This document shows positions 50,045-59,730 of a stretch of 64,000 bases of DNA, in pieces. The notes under the pieces were generated by a model that had not been told where the DNA came from, did not search any database, and worked only from the letters and a program-made list of their open reading frames with translations. Numbering within the stretch: position 1 is the first letter of the stretch; each line of letters starts with the position of its first letter. This DNA is from Hydrogenobaculum sp. 3684 (lineage in GTDB: Bacteria > Aquificota > Aquificia > Aquificales > Aquificaceae), in the NCBI RefSeq assembly GCF_000213785.1, contig NC_015557.1, positions 970,664-1,034,663 on the forward strand, given 5' to 3'. Position numbers and translations under genes: made by a program.

Positions 50045-50093
50045 GTTGAATACTTGTTTATCGTGGTATACTTGTGGGGCATGGCAGACTTGT
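50045..50093. repeat. Repeat A3: three 18-bp-phased iteron-like units (cores at 50045, 50063, 50081) downstream of the Rpn gene
   Basis: A 28-bp stretch (ATACTTGTTTATCGTGGTATACTTGTGG) is identical to part of A2. Confidence 0.6.
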
Positions 50094-50248
50094 AAACTAT
50101 CTTAGCAAGCGTTCTATAACCTAAAAAGCTCTTTTCAGTCTCTTGTAGGTACATAAAAAAGCCAAACCAAAAAAGCGTAAAGGTCATCCCCTTAGGAAAC
50201 ACCAATCACCATTCAGATAGCTTTCTTATTATACTAATGGTTTTTTCT

Positions 50249-50848
50249 TTATGGTAATCCTATGCCTAACTGCTTTACCAAAACATTACATACTCTCTTT
50301 GGTAAGAATTTGTTTTTATGTGGCGGATTATTATCCGTCTTATGTTCTTCTACAAGTTTATATGGGAAGTAGGCAGTTTCATAGTTGCAATGATATTCTG
50401 GATCATGATATGTCCCACCATCTATACCTAAAGCTTTAGTCCAGAATCCATCTTTATAGAATCCTACCTTGACTGGATACCTTTTAACATTCCAAGGATG
50501 TGAAAAATCTGAATCAACATATGAACCTATGTCTTCCGCAGCCTTAGTTTGTGGTTTACCATTTACACATTCCACATAAAATACTAAATAATCGACGTCT
50601 GCTTTCATTAATACCAATGCTTTATTACCTTTTGCTATATACTTTAAAAGTTTTATACTGACATCTTTATCAAGCTGCAATTTACCATTATGAAGCACGA
50701 TTTCTTTGTTGCGATTATAAGAGACATAATAAAAATTTGACATGTCTTTTGTGCTAACCCCATAATCATGGTTATACGGGTTAAAGCACAACCCACTGCC
50801 AAAAGCCAAGCTTGTTAAAGCCAATGTTGCAACTAACTTCTTTAACAT
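50249..50848 (-). CDS. hypothetical secreted protein
   Basis: Signal peptide MLKKLVATLALTSLAFGSG; no motif. Confidence 0.45.
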   Translation of the reverse strand: MLKKLVATLALTSLAFGSGLCFNPYNHDYGVSTKDMSNFYYVSYNRNKEIVLHNGKLQLDKDVSIKLLKYIAKGNKALVLMKADVDYLVFYVECVNGKPQTKAAEDIGSYVDSDFSHPWNVKRYPVKVGFYKDGFWTKALGIDGGTYHDPEYHCNYETAYFPYKLVEEHKTDNNPPHKNKFLPKRVCNVLVKQLGIGLP

Positions 50849-50974
50849 CTTAATACCTCCTTTTGTTTGCCTTGTTCATTTGAATTAAGCCTACTTGTAA
50901 ACCATGTTGGTACATCATTCCAAGATCATTTCTTTCCATTTCATACACTTGTTTTTGATTCAATAGCCACCAAA

Positions 50975-51625
50975 TTAGTGCTCTGATTCAAGACGTTCAA
51001 GGTTAGCTTTTGCTGGTGCATATCCCTGTTCAGCAGACTTTTTGTACCAGTACAAAGCTTTGTTATAATCCTGTGATACTCCAAAACCATTTTCATACAT
51101 ATATCCAAGAAGATTTTCTCCTCTTGCATTTCCCTGCTCAGCAGATTTCTTCACCCAATATAGAGCTTCGTCATAATCCTTTGGTACTCCTTTACCAAAT
51201 AAATACATCCATCCAAGACCAAATTCTCCGTATGCATTTCCTCGTTCAGCAAATTTCTTCACCCAATATAGAGCTTTTCTATAATTCCGTGGTACTCCTA
51301 AACCATTGACATAAATCACACTAAGATCAAATCCTCCGTCTGCATCTCCCTGATCAGCAGCTTTCTTGAACCAATAGATAGCCTTGTCGTAATTCTTTAA
51401 TGTTCCTTCACCATATAAATACAACACTCCAAGCTTAACTTCGGCTGGCGCATATCCTTGATTCGCTGCGTCTTTAAATAAAGGTAATGCTTTTTGGTAG
51501 TTTTTATTTTTATAATAAGAAAGACCTTTTTTATATTCTATTTTACTATACACGTATCTGTGAAAAACAAAACCACCAATTAAAACTAATAATATTGTTC
51601 CTCCTATAATGTAAGATTTCTTCAT
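50975..51625 (-). CDS. Sel1-repeat (TPR-like) protein, membrane-anchored
   Basis: Five tandem Sel1 repeats (KAxxWxKKAAEQGxAxAxxxLGxMY). Confidence 0.8.
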   Translation of the reverse strand: MKKSYIIGGTILLVLIGGFVFHRYVYSKIEYKKGLSYYKNKNYQKALPLFKDAANQGYAPAEVKLGVLYLYGEGTLKNYDKAIYWFKKAADQGDADGGFDLSVIYVNGLGVPRNYRKALYWVKKFAERGNAYGEFGLGWMYLFGKGVPKDYDEALYWVKKSAEQGNARGENLLGYMYENGFGVSQDYNKALYWYKKSAEQGYAPAKANLERLESEH

Positions 51626-51967
51626 TTATCGCCTCTTATTGTATTTTATCTAAATGCTATTAAAATCCCCTATAAATAGATAAACTTTAATATCTATTTT
51701 TATTTTTGCAATGATATTTATCAGTTTAAATCCTCTATGTACACAAAACCATGTTTTAAATTAAGCTGCCTTTCAAGCATTGTAAATCAACGATGTTGTT
51801 ATGATTGCAATTATACTTATGTCTTTTTAATATCCAAGAGCTTCAGATGAAATAAAACAAAGCCTTTACCTAAAAAGTTAAAAATGCCATGCTGGGATTT
51901 ACTAAGTATAAAAAGCTCTATACACTTATTCAGTTATTAAAGTACGACCTGCTCTTAAATAAGTTTA

Positions 51968-52075
51968 GATAGAATATGGACAGAGTGGTTTACCACATTT
52001 CAAATTCCAGTTTTCTTAACAAATATTTTACTCACGATGTAAAAATGCCGTTGGCACACTAGAAAGATATAATCG
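51968..52075 (+). repeat. Copy 2 of the ~115-bp repeated intergenic element
   Basis: Box1 is a 19/20 match to copy 1. The hairpin GTGG-ttta-CCAC corresponds to GTGCT-gta-AGCAC in copy 1 (covariation). Box2 AAATGCCGTTGGCACACT. Confidence 0.5.
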
Positions 52076-52166
52076 CGTTTCAGAAATCGGTGGAGTTGTT
52101 GAAACCCACATGGTTAAGATTGAACAATTTTAATAGATTTTATAAATCATTACTAAATAGGCTAGA

Positions 52167-53114
52167 TTATTGAATCTCTTCAATTTTAGTGGCAAGTATA
52201 ACTTTCTTGAAGATATCGTTTAAAGCCTGTATATCATCTGTGTTTTCTATTTTTTCTTCAAAATCTTTTGGTAGTAACCCAAACTTGATAAGGACAGCAC
52301 TCTTGATGTCATCTTTTTTAGCCTTAATTAATCCTTTTTGTAATCCTTCTTGTAATCCTTCTTGTTTGCCTTCCATTTTCCACTTTTCTGTTAGTGTCAT
52401 AACTTTTTCATCACCTCCTGTTAGTTCTTTTAAAATATTTTCAACCTCTTCAGCACTGTCTTTCACAGATACAATATAATCAAGCGTTAAAAATATGCAA
52501 TGAGTCGTTTCTATATAATCATGGGTTTTGATATAATCTGCTATAAGCTCAAATACCTTTATAAAGTCTTTTATGCTATCAAATATATGTTTCATTGCAA
52601 GCAAGGCCCACTGTGTGCAAAGATCTTTATGTGTTTCACTTATAATATCATCATCTGATATTTTATTTAGATCTATAAGTATATAGTTTAGCTTAGATGT
52701 GTATTTTTCTAATTTGGTATTTTTAACAATAGGTAAACATGTTGGCATATTCCATTCACCTTTTCCATGATAAAAAACGATGTTGATAATAGGAGGGTAA
52801 TACTCTTTTTCTTTTATGGCTTCTTCCCAGATAGCACTGTTGTAGTATGAAAGCTGAATAGGTAGTTCTTTATCAAGATAAGATTTGTGCTCAAGTACTA
52901 CCCGTATATATGCATCTTGATCTTCTACTTTGCAGCTAAAAAGTAAATCAAGCATGAACTTTTGAGATTTAGAAGAAAACTTTTCTGTATTAACGGGTGT
53001 TATAGAATGTATATCCTGTGCTATATCCTCTGCAAAGATATCAAGAAGCATCTTTAATCTTTTGGGATCTGAAAATATCTGCTTGAAAAATGTATCGTGA
53101 GGTTGTATATCCAT
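52167..53114 (-). CDS. Rpn-family recombination-promoting nuclease / putative transposase (TIGR01784-like)
   Basis: N-terminus MDIQPHDTFFKQIFSDPKRL is typical of YhgA-like proteins; EGLQEGLQKGL repeats in the C-terminus. Confidence 0.7.
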   Translation of the reverse strand: MDIQPHDTFFKQIFSDPKRLKMLLDIFAEDIAQDIHSITPVNTEKFSSKSQKFMLDLLFSCKVEDQDAYIRVVLEHKSYLDKELPIQLSYYNSAIWEEAIKEKEYYPPIINIVFYHGKGEWNMPTCLPIVKNTKLEKYTSKLNYILIDLNKISDDDIISETHKDLCTQWALLAMKHIFDSIKDFIKVFELIADYIKTHDYIETTHCIFLTLDYIVSVKDSAEEVENILKELTGGDEKVMTLTEKWKMEGKQEGLQEGLQKGLIKAKKDDIKSAVLIKFGLLPKDFEEKIENTDDIQALNDIFKKVILATKIEEIQ

Positions 53115-53224
53115 AGATCTATTTTACTACAAATCAAAAGTATTTAAAGGATATGATTTCACAGCTTCTTAACCCAGACGGCTCAGATGAAACCAGAAAT
53201 TGCTACTACTAACATTATTTACAA

Positions 53225-53721
53225 AAGTAAATCCCCTATAGGTACAAACAAAACTATTGATAGAGCGTATATTAGACGATATAGAAGATTGTTTCAATCC
53301 CCTATAGGTACAAGCAAAACTCTTCAAGTCGGCGTCACGCCGATATTCGAGGAGGAGTTTCAATCCCCTATAGGTACAAGCAAAACTTAAACAATGATGG
53401 TGTAAAGTCAAACTCTTTAATCAAAGTTTCAATCCCCTATAGGTACAAACAAAACAAATTAGGGAAATAATGAATCAAATATTAAAATAGTTTCAATCCC
53501 CTATAGGTACAAACAAAACTTCCTTCTTGTGTGTCGCTTTCTTGTGTGGTATCATTGTTTCAATCCCCTACAGGTACAAACAAAACACATTGACATCAAA
53601 ACTAATAAAGTGCCGATTATGGAGTTTCAATCCCCTATAGGTACAAACAAAACAAGATTAAAAATTGGGGCTTTGTGATAAAAAACAAACTGTTTCAATC
53701 CCCTATAGGTACAAACAAAAC
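53225..53721 (-). CRISPR. CRISPR array: eight 30-bp repeats (GTTTCAATCCCCTATAGGTACAAACAAAAC), seven spacers of 34-39 bp; the orientation (leader at the 53722 side) is inferred
   Basis: Repeats at 53225 (degenerate 5' end), 53291, 53357, 53426, 53490, 53557, 53624 and 53692. Point variants are present in repeats 2 and 3 (A>G) and repeat 6 (T>C). The degenerate terminal repeat is at the low-coordinate end. The reverse complement ends in ...ATTGAAAC. Confidence 0.9.
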
Positions 53722-54113
53722 ACCAAAATGAAAAAATTGTGAACTACCCTAAAACCCTTCGCCGGCAAGGTTTTTGAGGTACCCCATCAACCTATCAACA
53801 GCTTATAATATAACATATTTCCCGTCGATCGTCAATAGGAGCAAAATCATAGGAGATCGACAATTCTTTGTCAGATATAGCTGAGATGCCAAAAATGAGG
53901 TATTTTTTTGTTTGAAAACAAGGCGTTTTTTAATAATTTTTTGCCGATCGACAGATCGTTGATAGACAATGATTTTGGGGATTTTGATGTTAATAATTTA
54001 GAAATTATATTAACATTTTTAGGCTTTTAGAAAATAAAATTAGGAAATAAAATCTTTATGAGATGGTTTATTTATGTCTATCTTTGGCAGTAGTTTTTGG
54101 ACTTATGCAAAAT

Positions 54114-55778
54114 TTAGTCGTTGTCAAAAATAGCTTCTTCTTGCCCGATTTTATAGTATGGATATTCCCAAGAGGAGTAATAATAAGGCGTATAAGCCCT
54201 AAACTCCCCAGCGCAGGTGTCTACCGCTTTAAAAGTAGGCATAAGACCTTCCAAAAGCTCTTCTATCTCTTTCTCTGTCTTGTTAAACTTTTTAGCTATT
54301 TCTTTATTTGAAAAGCCCAATATTTTTAGCTCAAATATATAATCTTTATCGAAAGGTATATCTTGTTTGTAAGCCTCTACAAGCTCTTTTATCTGATGTA
54401 AAAACCATTTGTCTATATGGCTTACTTCATTCACTTTTTCTATGCTTATACCCCTCATAAACGCTTCTTTTATATAAAAAATACGTTCTGGTGTTGGTAT
54501 CCTTATGTTTGTAAGAAGCTCATCGTAAGAAAGCGCTTCGTAATCTTTCATAAAGAGATATGGATTATCGGTTTCTAAACTTCTTATGGCTTTCATGAAA
54601 GCTTCTTTAAAAGTTCTTCCTATAGCCATCACTTCGCCCACAGATTTCATTGTGGTACCAAGAATTTTGCTTGATTCTTTAAACTTTGCAAAATCAAACC
54701 TTGGTATTTTTACTACAACATAATCTATGCTTGGCTCAAAGCTTATAGGTGTATTTTTTGTAATGTCGTTTTTTATCTCATCAAGGGTATATCCAACCGC
54801 CAAAAGGGCGGCTACTTTTGCTATGGGAAAACCAGTGGCCTTAGAAGCCAAGGCTGAGCTTCTTGAAACCCTTGGGTTCATCTCTATCACGTAAAAATTG
54901 TCGCTGTTTGGGTCTACTGCAAACTGGATATTTGAGCCTCCGGTATCAACACCTATTTTTCTTATAATGGCAAGGCTTGCATCTCTTAACATCTGATATT
55001 GTTTATCGGTTAGGGTTTGGGCTGGTGCTACTGTTATAGAGTCTCCAGTATGAACACCCATAGGATCAAAGTTTTCTATAGAACAAACTATAACGACGTT
55101 GTCTTTTGTGTCTCTTATGACTTCAAGCTCAAACTCCTTCCATCCTATAAGAGATTTGTCTATAAGCACCTGATGTATAGGAGAGGCTTCTAAAGCAGCG
55201 TTTAGCTTAGCTGGAAACTCTTCTAAGTTGTAAACGATAGAACCCCCTGTCCCGCCAAGTGTAAAAGCTGGCCTTAATATAGCTGGAAATCCTATATCTT
55301 TTATAGAGGCCATACCCTCTGAAAGAGAGTTTACTATGGCATTTGGTGGAACTTTTAGACCTATCTCCTCCATGGCTTTTGCAAAAAGAGCCCTATCTTC
55401 ACCTTTTTTGATGGCCTCGTAGCTGGCACCTATTATTCCTACACCATATTTTTCTAATATGCCCGATTCATATAAATCCTTTGCTAAGTTTAAAGCCGTT
55501 TGCCCTCCTAAGGTAGGTAGTAAGACATCTGGGTGTTCTTTTTTTATAATCTCTTCTAAAACCTCTACAGTCAAGGGTTCTATGTAAGTCTTAGTGGCAA
55601 GCTGTTCATCTGTCATTATGGTGGCTGGGTTTGAATTTACAAGTACTACTTCATAACCTTCTCTCATAAGGGCTTTGCAAGCCTGAGTACCAGAGTAATC
55701 AAATTCTGCCGCTTGGCCTATGATAATAGGGCCTGCTCCTAAGATTAGTATTCTTTTTATGTTGGTATTTTTTGGCAT
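54114..55778 (-). CDS. carB: carbamoyl-phosphate synthase large subunit, N-terminal half (split carB)
   Basis: [24 protein letters not shown] signature. The ORF is 554 aa, about half of a canonical CarB. Confidence 0.9.
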   Translation of the reverse strand: MPKNTNIKRILILGAGPIIIGQAAEFDYSGTQACKALMREGYEVVLVNSNPATIMTDEQLATKTYIEPLTVEVLEEIIKKEHPDVLLPTLGGQTALNLAKDLYESGILEKYGVGIIGASYEAIKKGEDRALFAKAMEEIGLKVPPNAIVNSLSEGMASIKDIGFPAILRPAFTLGGTGGSIVYNLEEFPAKLNAALEASPIHQVLIDKSLIGWKEFELEVIRDTKDNVVIVCSIENFDPMGVHTGDSITVAPAQTLTDKQYQMLRDASLAIIRKIGVDTGGSNIQFAVDPNSDNFYVIEMNPRVSRSSALASKATGFPIAKVAALLAVGYTLDEIKNDITKNTPISFEPSIDYVVVKIPRFDFAKFKESSKILGTTMKSVGEVMAIGRTFKEAFMKAIRSLETDNPYLFMKDYEALSYDELLTNIRIPTPERIFYIKEAFMRGISIEKVNEVSHIDKWFLHQIKELVEAYKQDIPFDKDYIFELKILGFSNKEIAKKFNKTEKEIEELLEGLMPTFKAVDTCAGEFRAYTPYYYSSWEYPYYKIGQEEAIFDND

Positions 55779-55847
55779 AGAATTATTATACTATAAACTA
55801 ACTGATTGAAATATTTGATAATATTTTTAAAACAAGAAACTAAATGT

Positions 55848-56639
55848 TTATTGAGCTTTTTGTATATCTTTTGAAGTATTTTGCTTTTTAACTGCAAATC
55901 TACCTACGAATATAGATATTTCATACAAGGCAATAAGTGGTAAAGCCATAAGGATTTGAGTGGAAACATCTGGGGCTATCAAAGCACCTATAAAAAATGC
56001 CACCACTATAAAGTATTTTCTAAAAGATTTTAATTGTTTTGTAGATATTATACCCGCTCTTTGTAGCATAAAAAGAAAAATGGGCATCTCGAAGGCTATA
56101 CCAAAACCAAGAAGCATTTTAAGTAAAAAGTTTATATAAAGCTCCGCTGAAAGCATGGGTTTTGCCCTAAGCTGGCTAAAACCTATACCTATTAAAAATT
56201 TTAAAGCCATTGGAAGCACTGCAAAATATGCAAAGCTAGCCCCCATTACAAACAATACCAAAGAAAAGAAAACCAAAGGAAAAACAAGTCTTTTTTCTTC
56301 TGGGTAAAGAGCTGGTTCTACAAATCTCCATATTTGATATAAAATAACAGGTATAGCAAGTATTATTCCCACTATTACAGATATTTCCATCATGATAAAA
56401 AGGGGCTCTGTGGGAGAAAGTGTTATAAGTTTCATACCAGGATAATATACATCTATAGGGTATTTTAAAATCTCAAAAACATACTTAGCGTAAAAAAAGC
56501 TTATGGCAGAAAATATTAGTACAGCTGCTATAGATTTAAGTATTCTCTGTCTTAGTTCCTGAAGATGCTCCATCAGTGGAGCTTTCGGAAGTTCCTTCTC
56601 CATCTTTCTTTTCCTCGGTATTAGTTTGTTCTTTCTCAA
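55848..56639 (-). CDS. tatC: Sec-independent protein translocase TatC (start uncertain; 56573 or 56603 is more likely)
   Basis: MEHLQELRQRI N-terminal TatC motif and a six-TM pattern. Confidence 0.8.
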   Translation of the reverse strand: MRKNKLIPRKRKMEKELPKAPLMEHLQELRQRILKSIAAVLIFSAISFFYAKYVFEILKYPIDVYYPGMKLITLSPTEPLFIMMEISVIVGIILAIPVILYQIWRFVEPALYPEEKRLVFPLVFFSLVLFVMGASFAYFAVLPMALKFLIGIGFSQLRAKPMLSAELYINFLLKMLLGFGIAFEMPIFLFMLQRAGIISTKQLKSFRKYFIVVAFFIGALIAPDVSTQILMALPLIALYEISIFVGRFAVKKQNTSKDIQKAQ

Positions 56640-56814
56640 GCTCTAACACTTTTTTATTTACATTTTCTATATAAGCTTGCATTTTTATCTCATCCATGAA
56701 CTCTCTTGCTTTTCTTGTAAACTCTCCAAGCTTTGTAGCCACATCCATCATTTTTTCAGGCCCAAGCACTATATACGCTATAACCAGTATTATGATTATC
56801 TGACCTAAGTCCAT
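56536..56814 (-). CDS. tatA: Sec-independent translocase TatA/TatB family protein
   Basis: MDLGQIIIILVIAYIVLGPEK TM helix plus amphipathic-helix signature. It overlaps the tatC 5' region. Confidence 0.65.
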   Translation of the reverse strand: MDLGQIIIILVIAYIVLGPEKMMDVATKLGEFTRKAREFMDEIKMQAYIENVNKKVLELEKEQTNTEEKKDGEGTSESSTDGASSGTKTENT

Positions 56815-57623
56815 AACACTCTCTCTATAAATATACCAACAAGTATGCCACGGTCTAAAAACATCCAAATTATTGCACCAATAGACAAAAATGGTCCAAA
56901 GGGTATATAGTATTGCATATTTTTATTTTTTATAATGGTAGGTATGCTTACCAAAAGCCCTATAACTGAACCAAAAAACATAGCACCAAGCACCATCCAG
57001 ATACCACCAAAGGCTCCTATCATTGCCAAAAGTTTTATATCACCTATGCCAAGACCTTCCATCTTCCTAACCTTAAGATAAATATAGTATATTAAAAATG
57101 GAATTAAACCACCAAACAAAATCCCAAGTATTGAGCTTTTAATATCAACAAAACCATAATTACTAAGAGAAAATAAAAGTCCAAACACTATGCCAGCGTA
57201 GTTAAAACTATCAAGTAGGATAAACCAATCTAAATCTATAAAAGATTGTACTATAAGGATTGATCCAAAAAGTAGAGCTTCTAATGTTTTTACAGCATCT
57301 TTTATATTTAGCACAGATAAATTTTCATTGTTTTTTATATAAAAAGCATAAACACAAAGGGCAAAATAAAACCCGGTAAGGGCTTCTACTATAGGATACC
57401 TCATAGATATTTTATTTTTGCAAGCACTGCATCTACCTCTCAAGAAAATGTAAGATAATATGGGTATGTTTTCATAAGGTTTTATCTTATGTCCACAATG
57501 AGGGCACTTGGAATTTGGATAAACGACAGACTCTCCCCTTGGAAGTCTATATATCAGCACGTTATAAAGGCTTCCAAAGATAGTACCAAGCAAAAAGAAT
57601 GTAAGTAAGATTAGGATTGTCAT
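56805..57623 (-). CDS. pilD: type IV prepilin peptidase (A24 family)
   Basis: CPHCGHKIKPYENIPILSY...CSACKNKI zinc-binding motif and a polytopic membrane pattern. Confidence 0.8.
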   Translation of the reverse strand: MTILILLTFFLLGTIFGSLYNVLIYRLPRGESVVYPNSKCPHCGHKIKPYENIPILSYIFLRGRCSACKNKISMRYPIVEALTGFYFALCVYAFYIKNNENLSVLNIKDAVKTLEALLFGSILIVQSFIDLDWFILLDSFNYAGIVFGLLFSLSNYGFVDIKSSILGILFGGLIPFLIYYIYLKVRKMEGLGIGDIKLLAMIGAFGGIWMVLGAMFFGSVIGLLVSIPTIIKNKNMQYYIPFGPFLSIGAIIWMFLDRGILVGIFIERVLWT

Positions 57624-59122
57624 ATCTTAAGCATTCTTAGTTTAGCCAGGATGTCTATCATCACTTTTGAATAATAAACATTTGACAAAAACGATGCTAT
57701 GGTACCAATAGTAAGTGTGGTGGCAAAGCCCTTTACTGGACCACTGCTAAATTGAAAAAGTATCAAAGCTGCCACCAGAAGTGTGGCGTGTGTATCGTAA
57801 ACGGCACTAAGCACTCTCTTATAACCGTATTCTACGGCTTTCCTTAGGGTGTTGCCCCTTGTTATCTCTTCTTTTATACGCTCAAATATAAGAACGTTTG
57901 AGTCTACCGCTATACCCATATTTAGTATGATACCTGCAATACCTGGCAATGTAAGTGTAGCTCCTAAAAGCACAAGACCAGCCCAAAGAAGAAGCCCATT
58001 CATTATTATTGCTATAGTGGCTGTGACCCCTGCTGTCTTATACCTTGCTATTATCAAAAGCACCACAAACAAAAACGACGCTAAACCAGCATAGATACTC
58101 TGTTTTATAGCGGCTTTTCCCAAAGTGGGTCCTACCACAGCATCTTGGAGTATATGAAGCGTTGTAGGTAATGCACCGGCTCTTAAAATAGCGGCCAAGT
58201 CTCTTACTTGATCTGGTGTAAAATTACCAGTTATCTGACCTTGATCTGATATTCTTGAACGAATAACTGGAGCAGACATAACTCTATTGTCAAGGACTAT
58301 AGCAAGTCTTTTACCTATATGGCTTTGGGTAAAATTACCAAATATTTCAGCTCCTTTTGAATTTAGCTCAAAGCTAACAGCAGGGTTGTTAAAGCTATCT
58401 GTGCTCTCGTAAGCGGTTTTTAAATCAGCCCCTGTTATTATGGGTTTTTTCTTAACTAAATACCATTCGTGCCCATCTTTTGATGGCAATATCTTTTCAT
58501 CTGGTTTTAGCTCTTTTTGTAAAGCATCTAAAGAAGCTGATGCGTCCACCACTTCCATGAGCTCAAGCTGAGCGGTTTTCCCAAGGACTTTTTTAGCCCT
58601 TTCCAAATCCATAACACCGGGTAGCTCCACCATAACTTTAGAATTGCCAAGCCTTGTAATTACAGGTTGCACTACACCAAGTTGGTCTACCCTTCTTCTT
58701 AACACTTCCACCGTTTGAGTTATAACGTTTTCCTTTATCTGACTAAGGTAGATAGAGCTAAATCTAACTTTAACTTTAAGAGCTGATACCTTAGAAATAT
58801 CTATTCTATTTTTGTAGTATTTTGTCAAAAGCTCATAAACTTTGTTGTAATCTGAAGCATTTAATAGGTCTATATATATACCATCTTGAGAAGGTGTAAC
58901 ATCTAAGACGTTTATATGATTTTTTAAAAAAAGTTTTGATATATCAGAGGCTGTGTTTTCATACTCTTCTTTTATAACTTTGTCTATATCGGGAGCCAAG
59001 ACCATGCTTATGCCCCCTTTCAAGTCAAGACCAAGGTTTACTGGCTTAAAAGCTACCACCAATAAAGAACCTATTATGATAAAAGCCCCTATAAGGATGT
59101 TTAGAAAAATATTCTTTGGCAT
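57620..59122 (-). CDS. secD: protein translocase subunit SecD
   Basis: LGLDLKGGISMVL motif and C-terminal six-TM SecD/SecF domain. Confidence 0.9.
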   Translation of the reverse strand: MPKNIFLNILIGAFIIIGSLLVVAFKPVNLGLDLKGGISMVLAPDIDKVIKEEYENTASDISKLFLKNHINVLDVTPSQDGIYIDLLNASDYNKVYELLTKYYKNRIDISKVSALKVKVRFSSIYLSQIKENVITQTVEVLRRRVDQLGVVQPVITRLGNSKVMVELPGVMDLERAKKVLGKTAQLELMEVVDASASLDALQKELKPDEKILPSKDGHEWYLVKKKPIITGADLKTAYESTDSFNNPAVSFELNSKGAEIFGNFTQSHIGKRLAIVLDNRVMSAPVIRSRISDQGQITGNFTPDQVRDLAAILRAGALPTTLHILQDAVVGPTLGKAAIKQSIYAGLASFLFVVLLIIARYKTAGVTATIAIIMNGLLLWAGLVLLGATLTLPGIAGIILNMGIAVDSNVLIFERIKEEITRGNTLRKAVEYGYKRVLSAVYDTHATLLVAALILFQFSSGPVKGFATTLTIGTIASFLSNVYYSKVMIDILAKLRMLKI

Positions 59123-59124
59123 AG

Positions 59125-59727
59125 TTATCCTTTACACCCTAAGTCGATAACACCAAAACTGTCTGAACGTTTTCTATATAAAATTTTTATCTTACCGTCT
59201 TTTGTATCCATAAAAGGTAAAAATACCATATGGTTTTCGGTTAGTTCTAAAATAGCATCTTCAACGCTCATAGGCTTTTCCACTGAAAACGTTTCCTCTA
59301 TTACAAATGTTTTAGTCTCTTGCTCTTCTTCAAGTGGTTCTAGTGGTATTTCTCTTGTTTCCTCTTTTGTTTTTGAGCTTTTACGACGATAGTTAAGCCT
59401 TCTTTCTTTTAGTTTTAAAAGTTGGCGCTCTACTTCATCTATCACTCTATCTATAGCTGTATAGACATCTTTGTCCTCTTCCCAAGCGTGCACTGTACCA
59501 CCGCCGTTGCTTTTTATATATATATCTATATCTACTCTGTAAATGGATGTTTTGTTGATGTTGTCGTCGGTGTGTTTTGCTCTGGCGCTTGATATTGTTA
59601 CTACTACTTCTGTTTGGTCTTCACCTGTTTCTCTTAAAAGCCTCTTAAACTTTGATAGTTTTGCTTCTACAAAAGCCCTTAAGTGTTCTGTGATTTCAAA
59701 GTGCTTGCCGATAAACTCAATCTGCAT
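59125..59727 (-). CDS. hpf: ribosome hibernation promoting factor (long HPF)
   Basis: MQIEFIGKHFEITEHLRAFVEAKL N-terminal RaiA fold plus the C-terminal dimerisation domain. Confidence 0.85.
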   Translation of the reverse strand: MQIEFIGKHFEITEHLRAFVEAKLSKFKRLLRETGEDQTEVVVTISSARAKHTDDNINKTSIYRVDIDIYIKSNGGGTVHAWEEDKDVYTAIDRVIDEVERQLLKLKERRLNYRRKSSKTKEETREIPLEPLEEEQETKTFVIEETFSVEKPMSVEDAILELTENHMVFLPFMDTKDGKIKILYRKRSDSFGVIDLGCKG

Positions 59728-59730
59728 AGT

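Noticed and set aside
53169-53411. 80-aa minus-strand ORF and 67-aa plus-strand ORF (53187-53390) inside the CRISPR array
   Set aside because: Their periodic peptide repeats (QSPIGTSKT / FACTYRGLK) are translations of the CRISPR direct repeats. They are not genes.
53722-54113. Looked for cas genes or a small cas-associated ORF beside the array
   Set aside because: No ORF of useful length on either strand, and both flanking genes are non-cas (Rpn-family, carB). The array is treated as orphan within this window.
54063-54311. 82-aa plus-strand ORF at the CRISPR leader/carB junction
   Set aside because: Overlaps the 3' end of carB on the opposite strand. Hydrophobic junk translation. Not a candidate cas gene.
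56536-56868. Full 110-aa extent of the tatA ORF from the track
   Set aside because: The first 18 codons (MDVFRPWHTCWYIYRESV) overlap the prepilin peptidase gene and lack a TatA-like sequence. The start was moved to the internal Met (56814), which gives a canonical TatA N-terminus.
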